Below, piece by piece: positions 63,359 to 64,000 of a stretch of DNA of 64,000 nucleotides. The stretch spans positions 620,001 through 684,000 of the forward strand of contig JASVEC010000014.1 of assembly GCA_030770535.1 (NCBI GenBank), written 5' to 3'. The stretch is from Batkoa obscura (Eukaryota). Position 1 is the first letter of the stretch. The number at the start of each line of letters is the position of its first letter. The position numbers and the translations under genes are program-made. The notes beneath the pieces were generated by a model. That model saw only the letters and a list, made by a program, of their open reading frames with translations, had not been told where the DNA came from and searched no databases.

Positions 63359-63543
63359 TTTAAGAATTTACTAACAATCTTTTCACTCAAATAGCGCTTA
63401 AAAGATAGAAAAGTGATGAAACTAAAAAAAACACTCTCATATATATAAGAACCTTTTTTTTGGTTTCATCACTTTTCTATCTTTTAAGCGCTATTTGAGT
63501 GAAAAGATTGTTAGTAAATTCTTAAATCAAAAAGTACATCCCC
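63359..63543. repeat. Palindromic dimer of two truncated MITE A copies
   Basis: ~70-bp near-perfect inverted arms around a ~23-bp spacer. Confidence 0.85.
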
Positions 63544-64000
63544 ATATACTATCGTATGAGTTTTACCATAAAATTATATAATTTTGAGCAAATATAACAC
63601 AGTAAGGGCAGATTGGGATAGTCCATAATTGTCACTGTAATTTTTTTGTTTTTAACCAAAAAGTATATTACTGTTTCAACTAATAACGTATTTTTAAAAC
63701 TAAAATTAAATAAATTTATAACAAGATCTATATGAGGGATAACAGTGAGTTTATTTTCGAAAAATAATAGAGAAGGGAGGTTAATTAAAAGGTCATCGTA
63801 TATAATTTAGTTATTGCTACAAATCCGAGAGCTAAAAAATATTTGATAATAACCTTATAATATTTAAAAAAAGAATAGAATTTAGTTTTACATTTTAAAG
63901 CATTAAGGTTTCATGGTATCATTTATTAATTTAAAAATAAATTATTCTTACACTGTTTGTTAGACTATTTAAGCTATATTTTCGAAATAAAATTATCAAA

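Noticed and set aside
5508..63543. Recurrent ~98-bp repeat as a CRISPR array or ncRNA family
   Set aside because: Dispersed, both orientations, TIRs and target duplications, no regular spacers, eukaryotic context

Overview
Very AT-rich eukaryotic DNA with short (~45-56 nt) spliceosomal introns and Zn(II)2Cys6 genes, so a fungus; the gene content suggests an early-diverging, Conidiobolus-like lineage (inference). Left part: an intronless TolB/PD40-amidohydrolase, a proteinase K-type subtilisin between two identical tRNA-Ser genes, a tyrosinase and a GRAM/VASt sterol-transfer gene. Centre (21-46 kb): an array of eight DJ-1/PfpI genes with isonitrile-hydratase-like residues (three cytosolic with one intron, one of them decaying; five intronless with signal peptides), two Zn2Cys6 regulators, tRNA-Ala, two tRNA-Gly and a tRNA-Gly relic. 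The array shows patchy gene conversion. Right part: a DH-BAR-SH3 RhoGEF, a tyrosinase pseudogene with C>T/G>A bias, a 586-aa orphan and fibrillarin. Intergenic DNA holds over 30 copies of a ~98-bp MITE, two rarer repeat types and an inverted solo-LTR-like pair whose flanks suggest an inversion of a tRNA-Ser gene. All alignments were done by eye; no searches were run.
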